A stretch of 64,000 nt of DNA from an uncultured virus (IMG/VR IMGVR_UViG_3300028593_000005) (taxonomy: Duplodnaviria > Heunggongvirae > Uroviricota > Caudoviricetes), in the IMG/VR virus record IMGVR_UViG_3300028593_000005; one strand, 5' to 3'. Positions 19,298-28,747 of this stretch are shown piece by piece (position 1 is the first letter of the stretch; the number at the start of each line of letters is the position of its first letter). The translations under genes were made by a program, and so were the position numbers. Below the pieces are notes generated by a model, which saw only the letters and a list, made by a program, of their open reading frames with translations, did no database searches and was not told where the DNA came from.

Positions 19298-22027
19298 ATG
19301 GCAAGATATCCTGGCACACAATTTGTCCTGAGAGATCGTTCTGATGCTAGTGCCGCTGTACCGCTTCAGCAGGTCAGCAACTCAGCACCTGTCTTTATGA
19401 CATCTTTCAGAGCACCTAAGGGACCAGAAGATATGCTTCTTGTTGAAGGTCAGCGTTTCTATAACCTTTACGGTTCACAGGACAAGATCAAGTTCAACAC
19501 ATATAAGCAGCCTCTTCTCCAGGCTTCCATGGACATCAATGAAGGAGCAAGGCTCATCGCAAAGAGAGCAGTTCTTGACTCCGCTATGCTTGGCAACGCT
19601 ACAGTCGGCGTTGTACTTTCAAAGCAGGTAGACGTTACATTCACTAAGAATGATAACGGCTATATCAAGGACGCTACTTTCGGAAATACTACAAAGTACG
19701 TTCTTCGTCCCGTAGTTGTATCTATAAAGGACACTGCTAACACACCTGGCGACTCTTCATTTGTAGAGAGCAAGTTCATGTACAAGACTCATAAGGATAC
19801 TATTTCTAATGAGATTGAGATGAAGGAAACTCTTGCAATGAATACTGGTCTCGTTGGTGTATATACTAGCGGCACTACAACAGAAAACATCCCTCTCGAT
19901 AACGGTACATGGTCTGGAGATGAGTATACCGCTGGTTCAATCCTCAATGGTAACTCCAACGAGGTTGAGTTCAGAGCACCTAGCGGTACTAATACAATAA
20001 ACGCTGATTACAGCGGTGCTGATACAGTTGAACAGAGAGCCAAGATCCAGGCTAAGTTCCTTTCTACAGTTTACGCTGCAGCTAACGGCGGTGAGTACTT
20101 CTTCCCGCTCTTCTCAATCTTCGATAACGGACGTGGTGCTTCTCTGAAGAACTATGCTATCGTTTTCGATGTAAACACATCTAAGTCTATCGGTAAGGCT
20201 GTATATACTCTCAAGGTTGCTGATTCTGTAACAGGAAGAACACTTGAGACATATGCATTCACAGTTAACCCTTACTCAAGAAACACAAACACAGGCTATA
20301 CATTCGATATCGAGTCAGCTGTTAACCTGAAGTCTGATCAGATCAAGGTTAAGTACTACTACGATTCTTATGATAAGCTTATGCAGACAATCAACGATGA
20401 GCTCAGCATCACAAATGAGTATCTCTTTGACGATGCAGACTGCCTCTTCGATCATGATCTGTCTGGTAATACACTCGTCGATAACCGCATTGCAAGAGGT
20501 GCTACAGCAGACCTCTACAGCCTTGCTAACTCAAGCACTAACAACCTTGACAGCGGTGATAATAATATCACATACTACTACTATAACTACAAGACCCGCT
20601 CAAAGCAGAATATCTTTGAGAATCTTCGTTATGGTAGCGACGGTGTAATCGACAACAATGTATATACAACCACTGTAACTACCAAGGTTAACGTCGGCGA
20701 TATAGCTCAGGTATACGATAGCTCTGCACAGGCTATCACTACATTAGCTCCTAATGCTACTGCTAACCTCGGATTCATGTTTACAGGAGATAATGCAACT
20801 GCACACCCGAAGTGTACTGCTGCTATCAACCTTCTGAAGCTTATTCCTGAGCTTGGTATCAACTTCAGTGGTGCAGACTTTGAGATAGGTGATGATCATT
20901 CATCTGCTACAAAGCTCAAGGTTGCTACTACTGGCGGCGGATACTACTATGTATCAGCTGTAATCAATAATGTTCAGGCTGGTACAAGTGATTCTACATA
21001 CAAGTATAACCTGACTGTTACAGTTCAGGAGTACTCATGGGATCTCTCTTACCAGAATCAGTACAGAAAGTTCTTCGACGGTCAGTTCGACAGAGACATC
21101 TTCAATCTTGACGTATGGTTCCCGAACTGCGTATTCGATGCTAACTACGATAAGAAGGTTAAGCTCGCTATTCAGAAGCTTGCTGCATACAGAGGCGACT
21201 TCTTCGTTTACCTTGATCTCAATACTGACGTTAAGGCATATGAAGACGTTGAGCGTCTTATCAATGTAGTAGGTGATGACAACGAGTTCCCGCCTGATGA
21301 GGAAGCAACAAACTTCTACATCCATGATCGTAACTGTGCTGTTACTTCTATCTACGGCGATATCCGTGATCCTTATTCAAATAAGCAGATCACTGTTACA
21401 GCTACATATGCTCTGTCAAGACTCATGGTTAAGCACTTCATCAATGGTGTTGGCCGTCCGTTCGCTGGTCAGGGCTATGGTATCATCTTTACAGACTTCA
21501 TCGAGGGTACTGTAAACTACATTCCTAAGATCTATCCTTCTTCTGCAATGACATCACGTTCATACATTGGCGATACTTATCCTTCAGACGATGAGACAAT
21601 CGTTAATGAGAAGCAGCAGATGACAGACCTTAAGGTTAACTACGGCTCATACTACAACGGAGTCTTCACTATGGATACAGAGTTCACACTCAATCCTAAG
21701 GATTCAGACTTCTCATACATCAACAACATCATGCTTGTTCATCAGGTAATGCAGGCTGTAAGAAAGGCTTGCCCTGCTTCAAGATACAAGTTCATCGATA
21801 ACAACGACCTGTCTACTTACCAGCGTTCAGTAGAGGAAGTCCTCAAGGTATTCCGTTCTAAGTTCGCTGCTCTGAGATTCAAGTACGTTCAGGACGAGAA
21901 CTCTGTAGCAAACAAGATCTACTATGCAGCTATCGAAGTTGTATTCAGACCGTTTGCACAGGCTGAAATCTTCACAATCACAGCACTCAACTACTCAACA
22001 CTGAGTAGCGATGTGACTACATTATAA
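19298..22027 (+). CDS. Tail sheath protein
   Basis: 909 aa. N-terminal YPGT.F...D.S and KGP; C-terminal YKFIDN..Y..IEVVFRP sheath-like end; strong high-expression codon bias. Confidence 0.8.
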   Translation: MARYPGTQFVLRDRSDASAAVPLQQVSNSAPVFMTSFRAPKGPEDMLLVEGQRFYNLYGSQDKIKFNTYKQPLLQASMDINEGARLIAKRAVLDSAMLGNATVGVVLSKQVDVTFTKNDNGYIKDATFGNTTKYVLRPVVVSIKDTANTPGDSSFVESKFMYKTHKDTISNEIEMKETLAMNTGLVGVYTSGTTTENIPLDNGTWSGDEYTAGSILNGNSNEVEFRAPSGTNTINADYSGADTVEQRAKIQAKFLSTVYAAANGGEYFFPLFSIFDNGRGASLKNYAIVFDVNTSKSIGKAVYTLKVADSVTGRTLETYAFTVNPYSRNTNTGYTFDIESAVNLKSDQIKVKYYYDSYDKLMQTINDELSITNEYLFDDADCLFDHDLSGNTLVDNRIARGATADLYSLANSSTNNLDSGDNNITYYYYNYKTRSKQNIFENLRYGSDGVIDNNVYTTTVTTKVNVGDIAQVYDSSAQAITTLAPNATANLGFMFTGDNATAHPKCTAAINLLKLIPELGINFSGADFEIGDDHSSATKLKVATTGGGYYYVSAVINNVQAGTSDSTYKYNLTVTVQEYSWDLSYQNQYRKFFDGQFDRDIFNLDVWFPNCVFDANYDKKVKLAIQKLAAYRGDFFVYLDLNTDVKAYEDVERLINVVGDDNEFPPDEEATNFYIHDRNCAVTSIYGDIRDPYSNKQITVTATYALSRLMVKHFINGVGRPFAGQGYGIIFTDFIEGTVNYIPKIYPSSAMTSRSYIGDTYPSDDETIVNEKQQMTDLKVNYGSYYNGVFTMDTEFTLNPKDSDFSYINNIMLVHQVMQAVRKACPASRYKFIDNNDLSTYQRSVEEVLKVFRSKFAALRFKYVQDENSVANKIYYAAIEVVFRPFAQAEIFTITALNYSTLSSDVTTL

Positions 22028-22044
22028 GAAGGGAGGAATAGATT

Positions 22045-23190
22045 ATGGCAGCAGATAACAACGTTAAATCCACTGCGACTGGTGTTGGCCAGGAAGTCTT
22101 CAAGGGCCTTAAGACTCCTCGTAACCTTCTTGAGTATAACCTCATGAGAGGTGTTACTGACTTCTCACAGCTCGAGCAGTTCGACCTCTACGAGAAAGGC
22201 TATCCTTGGCTCGTAGTAATCAGCATCCCTGACTTCATGCGTGACCTCGCTCTCAACAGTGAGGAGATGCAGAACATCGTAGGAAACTACATTCATATCA
22301 TGGAGCATGACTTCAAGGGTATCGATAATATCGAGAACATCACTGGTGAACCTAACGGCGAAATCAGCAACGGTATCAGATCTATTCAGCTCATCAACAG
22401 AGTAACTCAGGGTGCTTCTACAACGTTCACCATGAGATTCTATGAGCGTTCTGGTTCTGTAATGACAAAGTTCAACGAGCTTTATCTTACAGGTATCAAG
22501 GATAAGGATACACAGGCTAAGACATATCACGGTCTTATCGACTGGTATACATTCGGTACTGGTCCCGACACACCTTCTGGTCGTGATCCTGGACCTCACC
22601 GTGAGGTATTCAGCTTCATGTACTTCCTTACTGATAACACAATAACTAAGATCGAGAAGGCATTCCTTATCTGTGCTGCACAGGCTACAACAGCTGAGTT
22701 CAGCACACTCTACGACGGCGAGAAGGGTGAAATCGGTTGGGGTGAACTCTCAATGACCTTCAACGGATTCTTCATCAACAACGACCAGGTATCACTCGCT
22801 GCTCAGAGAATGCTTCTTGCTATGCGTAATCCTCAGAACACAACTGGTAGCCGTCTCATCGTTGACTCTACTAACTTCACATACGAAGCTCTTAAGAGAG
22901 TTAATGAGAACCTCGGTCTCAATGCTGAAAGCTTCAACACAGAGGGTAGTGACAACAATCCTTATGCAGTTGGTGCTACATCATGGACTGACACTAACGG
23001 TGTTGTTACAGATGCGTTCAAGAACAGAGGAGCAAACGAAGTTGGTAAGGTTGGTTCCGCATTCGACGAGACAACAGCTTCAAGCTATGGTCTTGGAAGA
23101 AGCAACGGAATCTACTCACAGCAGGTTCAGGCAATTGGCGAAGCAGAGCATATTGCCAACAAGTTTGCAAACGTTCAGAACCAGCAGTAA
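22045..23190 (+). CDS. Tail tube protein
   Basis: Directly after the sheath; TFTMRFYERSG..Y and ELSMTFNG resemble tube strands; high-expression codon bias. Confidence 0.65.
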   Translation: MAADNNVKSTATGVGQEVFKGLKTPRNLLEYNLMRGVTDFSQLEQFDLYEKGYPWLVVISIPDFMRDLALNSEEMQNIVGNYIHIMEHDFKGIDNIENITGEPNGEISNGIRSIQLINRVTQGASTTFTMRFYERSGSVMTKFNELYLTGIKDKDTQAKTYHGLIDWYTFGTGPDTPSGRDPGPHREVFSFMYFLTDNTITKIEKAFLICAAQATTAEFSTLYDGEKGEIGWGELSMTFNGFFINNDQVSLAAQRMLLAMRNPQNTTGSRLIVDSTNFTYEALKRVNENLGLNAESFNTEGSDNNPYAVGATSWTDTNGVVTDAFKNRGANEVGKVGSAFDETTASSYGLGRSNGIYSQQVQAIGEAEHIANKFANVQNQQ

Positions 23191-23229
23191 GTATAATAGC
23201 TCTACTAGCAATAAATACAACAAGAGGTA

Positions 23230-23253
23230 CGGACTGGGATTATTCCCAGTCCG
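23230..23253. terminator. Terminator between convergent genes
   Basis: CGGACTGGGA-ttat-TCCCAGTCCG. Confidence 0.65.
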
Positions 23254-23266
23254 CATTCTCTGTCGT

Positions 23267-25660
23267 TTACTTTTCTTCTTTGTTTCTGAGCTTTGATGCT
23301 TCTTGCTTTGCTCTTGTGATTACCTCTTCTATTGCTGGGAGATCGAGATACGATCCTAAGAAGTGGAGAGTCAGAGCCTTTACAGCAAGGCGCTTGATCA
23401 TCTCATCCTCTTCATCAGCCAGCTCTATTTCAGCTATGCTGTTTGCATAGTCCTGAACGTTTGTAACCATCTGGTTAGTGTTAGTGATGTTCAGGAACAT
23501 AGGCGGTGGCAGAGTAACCTCAAGACAAACATCATCGTCCTGATACTCGTTTCTATAAAGCTTAGAGAAGATTCTAGTAAGATTCTTCTGGTACTTAGCC
23601 TGACGGTTGTATACCTTTCTGAGGAATTTACTAGATGTCATAGTAAGCTGTGTAGCATACTCAACAGACTGTCTCATCTGAATCATCTCAAGTGGTACAT
23701 CTGTAGAATTGACTGCCATCTCTTCCAGTACTGTCATCAGTTCTGTCTTGAACTCTACCTGCTGACCCTGCATTACTTCAAAGTCTATAGGAGACTCACC
23801 TGATGAGTTTCTAGGAATGATGTAGTCATTGAATCGACCAGTGATATTGAGAATGTTGTTGATGTTCTCAATCTGTCGAATGTTCATGTTACCCTTCTTA
23901 ATCTGGTTGATAGTATTCAGAAGAGTCTTCGAGATGTTTGTATCTACGTTCTGCTTGACATAGTACACTCTCTTATCCTGAGAACGTGTCATTGTCATGA
24001 TACAGTTAGTGATATACATTGCAGAATAGAGAGTTGCAGGGAAGAGAGCCTCATGGAGATCTGATATACCTCTATGAGTTTTCTTGTTCATTCTGAAGTA
24101 GACATGCTCCATATCCTCAGGAGGTATGAATGTAACCTTTACCTTACTGAGTTTATGGCCGTTCTCCATATCGTTATTCTTCAGTACCATATAGATCTCA
24201 TCTCTCAGATCCTGGTTAGAGTTAACGAAGTTAGCGTCAATATACTGAGCTATCTGAGAGGAAAGGAATCTAGTGATATTGTTCTGTCTACCTGTAGCAT
24301 CTGTAACTGAATTGGTAGAGAGAATAGAGTTAGATCCCTTGAGTGACATTGTAGGATCCTGCATCCTATCATAGTCTCTCATAGGATCATATCTGTAATC
24401 TGTCTCGATATAGTAGTATCCGAAACAGTGTGTTTCGATGTAGATAGGAATGATGTGTTCACGATCCAGGAGTTTTACGATGCTTCCTGGGATATCGACT
24501 ACGTCTCCTTTATTAGAGTGCTTCTGACCAGTTATGAGTCCCTCAGTGCCCCTGTAGTCGAAGTTGTCGAACTTAAGGTCATCCTTTACTGTATCATCAA
24601 ACTTAGTCTTGTTATTAGACTTAGCTTTCTTACCAGTATCGAAGTTAGAGATCTCTGGAGTGTTCTTGATTCTGTCTGCCTCTGGATCAGTAATCTTCTT
24701 ATCAGTAGCTTCATTGATAACCTGACCTACTGGATCACTAAGAGCCATCTCATTGATTGCTCCAATCTCCTTGTAGAACTTGTACTCATTCTCTACAGTC
24801 TCAGTGAGAAGACCAGAGCAATTGAACTCAATTTCTACTTTATCTATATCTCCGAAGTCTTCCTGCTTAAGCCCATAGCTTTTCATATCAGCTTCGAACT
24901 TCTCTCTACTGAAGTCACCAGACTCAGAGATTATACAATGCTCATGAATGTCAATGTCACCTCTGATGCCAGGCTTGTTTTTGTTAGCAAGAAGTTTAGC
25001 TATAGCCTTCTTAGCTGGTACAATGTATACGAACTGCTCACCATACTTAGAAGCGTTGTCATAGATCTCTCCAGCGATATCGATGAAGTTGTATCTCTCT
25101 TTGATTTCTTTGATATGCTCCTGTACTGATGCCTGTACACCAGCAACTGTAGTGTTAGTTACATTGATGAAGTCCTTACTGAAGTGGTCAGCAGAAAGGA
25201 CATTGTCCTTTCTAGTGTCTAACGCTTCCTTCAGTTTAGGCATGTACTTTACGATAGTATCTATCTTAGCATCATAGTCAGCTACAGTAGTAGTATCGTT
25301 CATGAAACCAAGCACACCAGTATCCAGTATGTTTGTATCGTTGAGGAGAGACTCAAGATCCTTGTTCATGTCTCTCATCTTGATAGCTTCTGGATTGTTA
25401 GCCTGCTGTCTCAAGGCTCTATTATACAGAGCACTTAAGTTACCCTGACCAGTCTGAGCCTTATTGGAACTCACTATACCATCTATAGAGGCGTCCAGCT
25501 TAGACTTTATAGTATCGAGGTCATGTTTGTTAGAGGGTTGTGTATAGTATATGCTTTGATAAAGCCTGTCAATGTTTGTCTGGACGAATGACGCCAGACG
25601 ATTAGCTTTACGATTAGCAGAAGCAACTTTGCGTTCACGCTGCTTTTGGTTTGAAGCCAT
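23267..25660 (-). CDS. Portal protein (T4 gp20-like)
   Basis: RSQDKRVYYV, DYIIPRNSSGESPIDFEVMQG, DVP and KFLRKVYNRQ parallel gp20 RAPERRVFYI/DYW.PR..G/VP/KF..FI motifs; AAAGGAGG before ATG 25660. Confidence 0.8.
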   Translation of the reverse strand: MASNQKQRERKVASANRKANRLASFVQTNIDRLYQSIYYTQPSNKHDLDTIKSKLDASIDGIVSSNKAQTGQGNLSALYNRALRQQANNPEAIKMRDMNKDLESLLNDTNILDTGVLGFMNDTTTVADYDAKIDTIVKYMPKLKEALDTRKDNVLSADHFSKDFINVTNTTVAGVQASVQEHIKEIKERYNFIDIAGEIYDNASKYGEQFVYIVPAKKAIAKLLANKNKPGIRGDIDIHEHCIISESGDFSREKFEADMKSYGLKQEDFGDIDKVEIEFNCSGLLTETVENEYKFYKEIGAINEMALSDPVGQVINEATDKKITDPEADRIKNTPEISNFDTGKKAKSNNKTKFDDTVKDDLKFDNFDYRGTEGLITGQKHSNKGDVVDIPGSIVKLLDREHIIPIYIETHCFGYYYIETDYRYDPMRDYDRMQDPTMSLKGSNSILSTNSVTDATGRQNNITRFLSSQIAQYIDANFVNSNQDLRDEIYMVLKNNDMENGHKLSKVKVTFIPPEDMEHVYFRMNKKTHRGISDLHEALFPATLYSAMYITNCIMTMTRSQDKRVYYVKQNVDTNISKTLLNTINQIKKGNMNIRQIENINNILNITGRFNDYIIPRNSSGESPIDFEVMQGQQVEFKTELMTVLEEMAVNSTDVPLEMIQMRQSVEYATQLTMTSSKFLRKVYNRQAKYQKNLTRIFSKLYRNEYQDDDVCLEVTLPPPMFLNITNTNQMVTNVQDYANSIAEIELADEEDEMIKRLAVKALTLHFLGSYLDLPAIEEVITRAKQEASKLRNKEEK

Positions 25661-25680
25661 TATAACTCCTCCTTTCAAGT

Positions 25681-25692
25681 TACTATAATGTT
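25681..25692 (-). promoter_or_regulatory. Late promoter AACA-N6-TA
   Basis: AACAttatagTAA upstream of the portal gene. Confidence 0.65.
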
Positions 25693-25711
25693 TCGTGAGA
25701 CAAAGAATAGC

Positions 25712-25732
25712 CCAGAGAGTAGACCTCTCTGG
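25712..25732 (-). terminator. Hairpin ending the polymerase operon
   Basis: CCAGAGAG/CTCTCTGG. Confidence 0.5.
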
Positions 25733-25739
25733 ACTAATC

Positions 25740-26426
25740 TCATATCTTGAAGAAACAAACGATACAGTTGTATGTATATATCCTCTTGGTCTCCTTCTTA
25801 GTTATCTTCCACTTTGTCACTTCAAAGTTTGTCATGAAGTAACTATATCTAGGATTATCCAAGATAAGAAGATTGACTTGGTCATTCTTCACTGTTGGTA
25901 CTACACCACTGAAGAGATACATTGTATATTTGCCATCAACATTGACGTACTTTGCTCCGTCAGATGCTTTGAGGTTTACATATGTATTCCACTGTGGAGT
26001 TGCTTGGAAGTCTCTGTACGCTGATACAACTCCTTCTGGGTCATTCATGTATCTAAGTACAGTATTCACTGTTACCATTAAGTCACGATAACGAGCATCT
26101 GCTACATAGTCTGATACAGATGTCTTTCCGAATACTAACAGACCTTTACCTGGTATATAACACTCCGAGAACTTCATCATTCTCTGACTCTCTTCTACTT
26201 GTTCTAGTGATGCTAACACATCTACCAGAAAGATTTGGTCATTGAACCGATCGAACTCTGGAATGATTGCGTCTCTAGTGTAACGAATGTAGTTGTTACC
26301 TACTATAAGATACGCATACATCTCACCACTTATAATGTCCTTGTGGAAGTATAATGCGTCTCCTGCCTTACCCTTCATCAAGGCTATGACATTCTTCATA
26401 GCCTCGAGTATCTCTAATATACTCAT
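25740..26426 (-). CDS. Hypothetical protein translationally coupled to the DNA polymerase N-half
   Basis: ATGA overlap with the polymerase stop; 228 aa. Confidence 0.7.
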   Translation of the reverse strand: MSILEILEAMKNVIALMKGKAGDALYFHKDIISGEMYAYLIVGNNYIRYTRDAIIPEFDRFNDQIFLVDVLASLEQVEESQRMMKFSECYIPGKGLLVFGKTSVSDYVADARYRDLMVTVNTVLRYMNDPEGVVSAYRDFQATPQWNTYVNLKASDGAKYVNVDGKYTMYLFSGVVPTVKNDQVNLLILDNPRYSYFMTNFEVTKWKITKKETKRIYTYNCIVCFFKI

Positions 26427-28420
26427 ACCTCTACTACCTCTCTACTATAACAGTTCTCTTCTCTTGACTCTATCTTGTTGTAGAACTCTGAGAAAGTTCT
26501 GACTTCGTCACTGAACGGGAACTGCTTATGTGGATACTCAGTTCTCTCATCCATTATCTTCTGCTCCCACTCTGGAACAAATGGAGATGTCTGAGTAGTA
26601 CTGTTCGGTACCTTATAGAATAGATATCTTCCATCTGTACAATGGAGATCAAGCTTACCTCTCGGATGTACAATATCTGAGAAGTAGGTTATGACATCAT
26701 CATACATCTCTTCATATGAAGCAAGGTGGAACCATCTATGATAGAACTCAAGCCACTGATGAGACTGATAGTCCTCAAGGAACTGTCCTTCTCTCTTATA
26801 CTTGTATTCCTCTCTTGCAAATCTATTCTCGTTCTTATATACCTGAGTTGGTATAATGATACGAGCAATGATTGTGTTAGCCGCAAGATTGAGTTCTGAT
26901 GTGATAGACGGATAAAGGCTCTTATAGTCATAGTCATTCAGGTTTCTGAATACCATGATAGGCTTACCGTTTACTATCATCTTAGAGTAAGGTCCGAGCT
27001 TTGTAGGATCTGATACCCAAGCACCTGGGAACTTCGTCTTGGTGTTGTTCTTGTTAGTGTTGTTACCCATTACGAAGCCCTGTCTCCAGTATGACTTGAA
27101 GGCTCTGTTCTTCAGATATACTGTCTGACGATATATCTTACTGATACGAGTGTTGTTCAGAAGAACGTTGTTGTATGCATTACCCACATCGTTCACCTTG
27201 TTCTCGATACAGTACTGAGAGATAACGTCCATGATATTGTACAATACGAATGTCAAGTAATCCTTCTGAGGAAGATCTTCAAGCTTCTCACAGATATGAT
27301 GATAGTCAAGCTTACCGAAGCCTACTGTCATCTCAGCTATACTGTCGAGTCTGAAGTTCGGAATTGCTGAACGTCCCTTACGTCTACTAGCAAAGTGAAT
27401 TAACTGGTCAAGATATACGGTCTTACTGCTTATCTTGCAGAAGTCATTTCTCTCAGCAAACTCATTGAAGTTCTTATCATCGATGAAGTAACTTACTTCC
27501 TTATACTTAAAGTCTGGATGACACATTACCCTTTTTGGATCCATATCCAACTTCTTGCATCTCTCGATGATGTATGGGATATCGAACGCCATGTTCCATG
27601 CCAACAAGAAGTCTGGTTCAAGTTTGTTAATGACATTGAACAGAGTCTTGATTAACTCCTTCTCATCAGTATACATAACCGTCGAGAACTGAAGAGTATC
27701 TACACGATACTTCTTAGCTTTCTCTGGCCCGCCAACTGACTTTATGATGAAGTCTTTAGCTATAACTTCGAACTTACCGCTATTCAATAACTTCTCAAAC
27801 TCCAGACATAAGGGATTGTATGGATCTCTGAGAAGTAAAGTGAATACAGTCTGAGTTCTGTCATCTATGAATGTCACCGCATTGATTGGACACTCACCTG
27901 GTTCTACGAAGTCACCCTTCGCAGTTCTTGAGTCAACCTCGATATCGAGATAGCTCTTGTTTATAGGTCCGAAAGCATTCTTATAAGACTCACCAAACTG
28001 GAATCTGTAGAAGTCTTCGATGTTCATATCCGAACCCATAACTCTTACATGCTCATGAAGTCTCTGATTGTTTCTGTAGTCTCCATTCTCTGCATTGTTA
28101 TCAAAGAATGTCTCATTACCAGTAGCTTCTGCTATGCTCTTAAGAAGCTTTCTGTATGGAACGGTTATCTCGTCGCACTTCTCTTTCTCTATGAAAGCAA
28201 GATTGTAGTCTACGAATACCTCGTTCTTTATTCTATACCAAGTATACTCTGGATTTTCTATTGTCTCAATGAACTTCTCACCAGTAACATTGTCTTTGAT
28301 TACAAGATCCATTGAGTCAGGAATATCAGTGTAACTGTTCTTACTCCTGTTAGGCCTATGATAGATTGTCTGCAATAACGATAAGTCGTACTGCAATGGG
28401 TAGTTTCCTATCTGTATCAT
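26423..28420 (-). CDS. polB: Split family B DNA polymerase, N-terminal subunit (3'-5' exonuclease plus motif A)
   Basis: ExoI YLDIEVD, ExoII AWNMAFDIPYI, ExoIII YNIMDV, FPGAWV and motif A DYKSLYPSI; motifs B and C absent; AAAGGAGG before ATG 28420. Confidence 0.9.
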   Translation of the reverse strand: MIQIGNYPLQYDLSLLQTIYHRPNRSKNSYTDIPDSMDLVIKDNVTGEKFIETIENPEYTWYRIKNEVFVDYNLAFIEKEKCDEITVPYRKLLKSIAEATGNETFFDNNAENGDYRNNQRLHEHVRVMGSDMNIEDFYRFQFGESYKNAFGPINKSYLDIEVDSRTAKGDFVEPGECPINAVTFIDDRTQTVFTLLLRDPYNPLCLEFEKLLNSGKFEVIAKDFIIKSVGGPEKAKKYRVDTLQFSTVMYTDEKELIKTLFNVINKLEPDFLLAWNMAFDIPYIIERCKKLDMDPKRVMCHPDFKYKEVSYFIDDKNFNEFAERNDFCKISSKTVYLDQLIHFASRRKGRSAIPNFRLDSIAEMTVGFGKLDYHHICEKLEDLPQKDYLTFVLYNIMDVISQYCIENKVNDVGNAYNNVLLNNTRISKIYRQTVYLKNRAFKSYWRQGFVMGNNTNKNNTKTKFPGAWVSDPTKLGPYSKMIVNGKPIMVFRNLNDYDYKSLYPSITSELNLAANTIIARIIIPTQVYKNENRFAREEYKYKREGQFLEDYQSHQWLEFYHRWFHLASYEEMYDDVITYFSDIVHPRGKLDLHCTDGRYLFYKVPNSTTQTSPFVPEWEQKIMDERTEYPHKQFPFSDEVRTFSEFYNKIESREENCYSREVVEV

Positions 28421-28440
28421 TGTAAGTCCTCCTTTAATCG

Positions 28441-28484
28441 TAATCGTCCCAAACACGTACGATTACTTGATTATTTAATGGTTG
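28441..28484 (-). promoter_or_regulatory. Polymerase leader element copy 1 (AACC-N6-TAA promoter plus TAATCGT/ACGATTA hairpin)
   Basis: 43/44 identical to 55432..55475. Confidence 0.8.
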
Positions 28485-28551
28485 CTACTACTTTTAATAG
28501 CTACAAGATAACGCAATATGGTACAAGATAACACAACCATGAAATGGCACA

Positions 28552-28687
28552 AGAAGGACTGGTAGGGACGATCCCTACCAGTCTTCTAGAGAGGTTAATT
28601 GTTCTTGTACTAGGATCAGCCAAATCGCTAGTAACTAGGAGGACTATGACACCATGAAAGGAAACACCACCCGTTTTATGCTCCCTT
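28552..28687 (-). ncRNA. Candidate late small RNA
   Basis: Perfect late promoter at 28688..28699(-); no credible ORF; 12-bp hairpin at 28557..28583; contains anti-SD CAUAGUCCUCCU. Confidence 0.35.
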
Positions 28688-28710
28688 TACCAATATGTTC
28701 TGATACAGCC

Positions 28711-28722
28711 AACACTCTTATA
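28711..28722 (+). promoter_or_regulatory. Late promoter AACA-N6-TA (back-to-back with 28688..28699)
   Basis: AACActcttaTAA. Confidence 0.65.
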
Positions 28723-28747
28723 AATTTAACAGAAGGAGGTATGATTC

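Noticed and set aside
28490..28690. Mini CRISPR array or NrdR boxes
   Set aside because: The repeats are only 11-12 nt with ~9-nt spacers. They match the NrdR palindrome poorly and have the wrong spacing.
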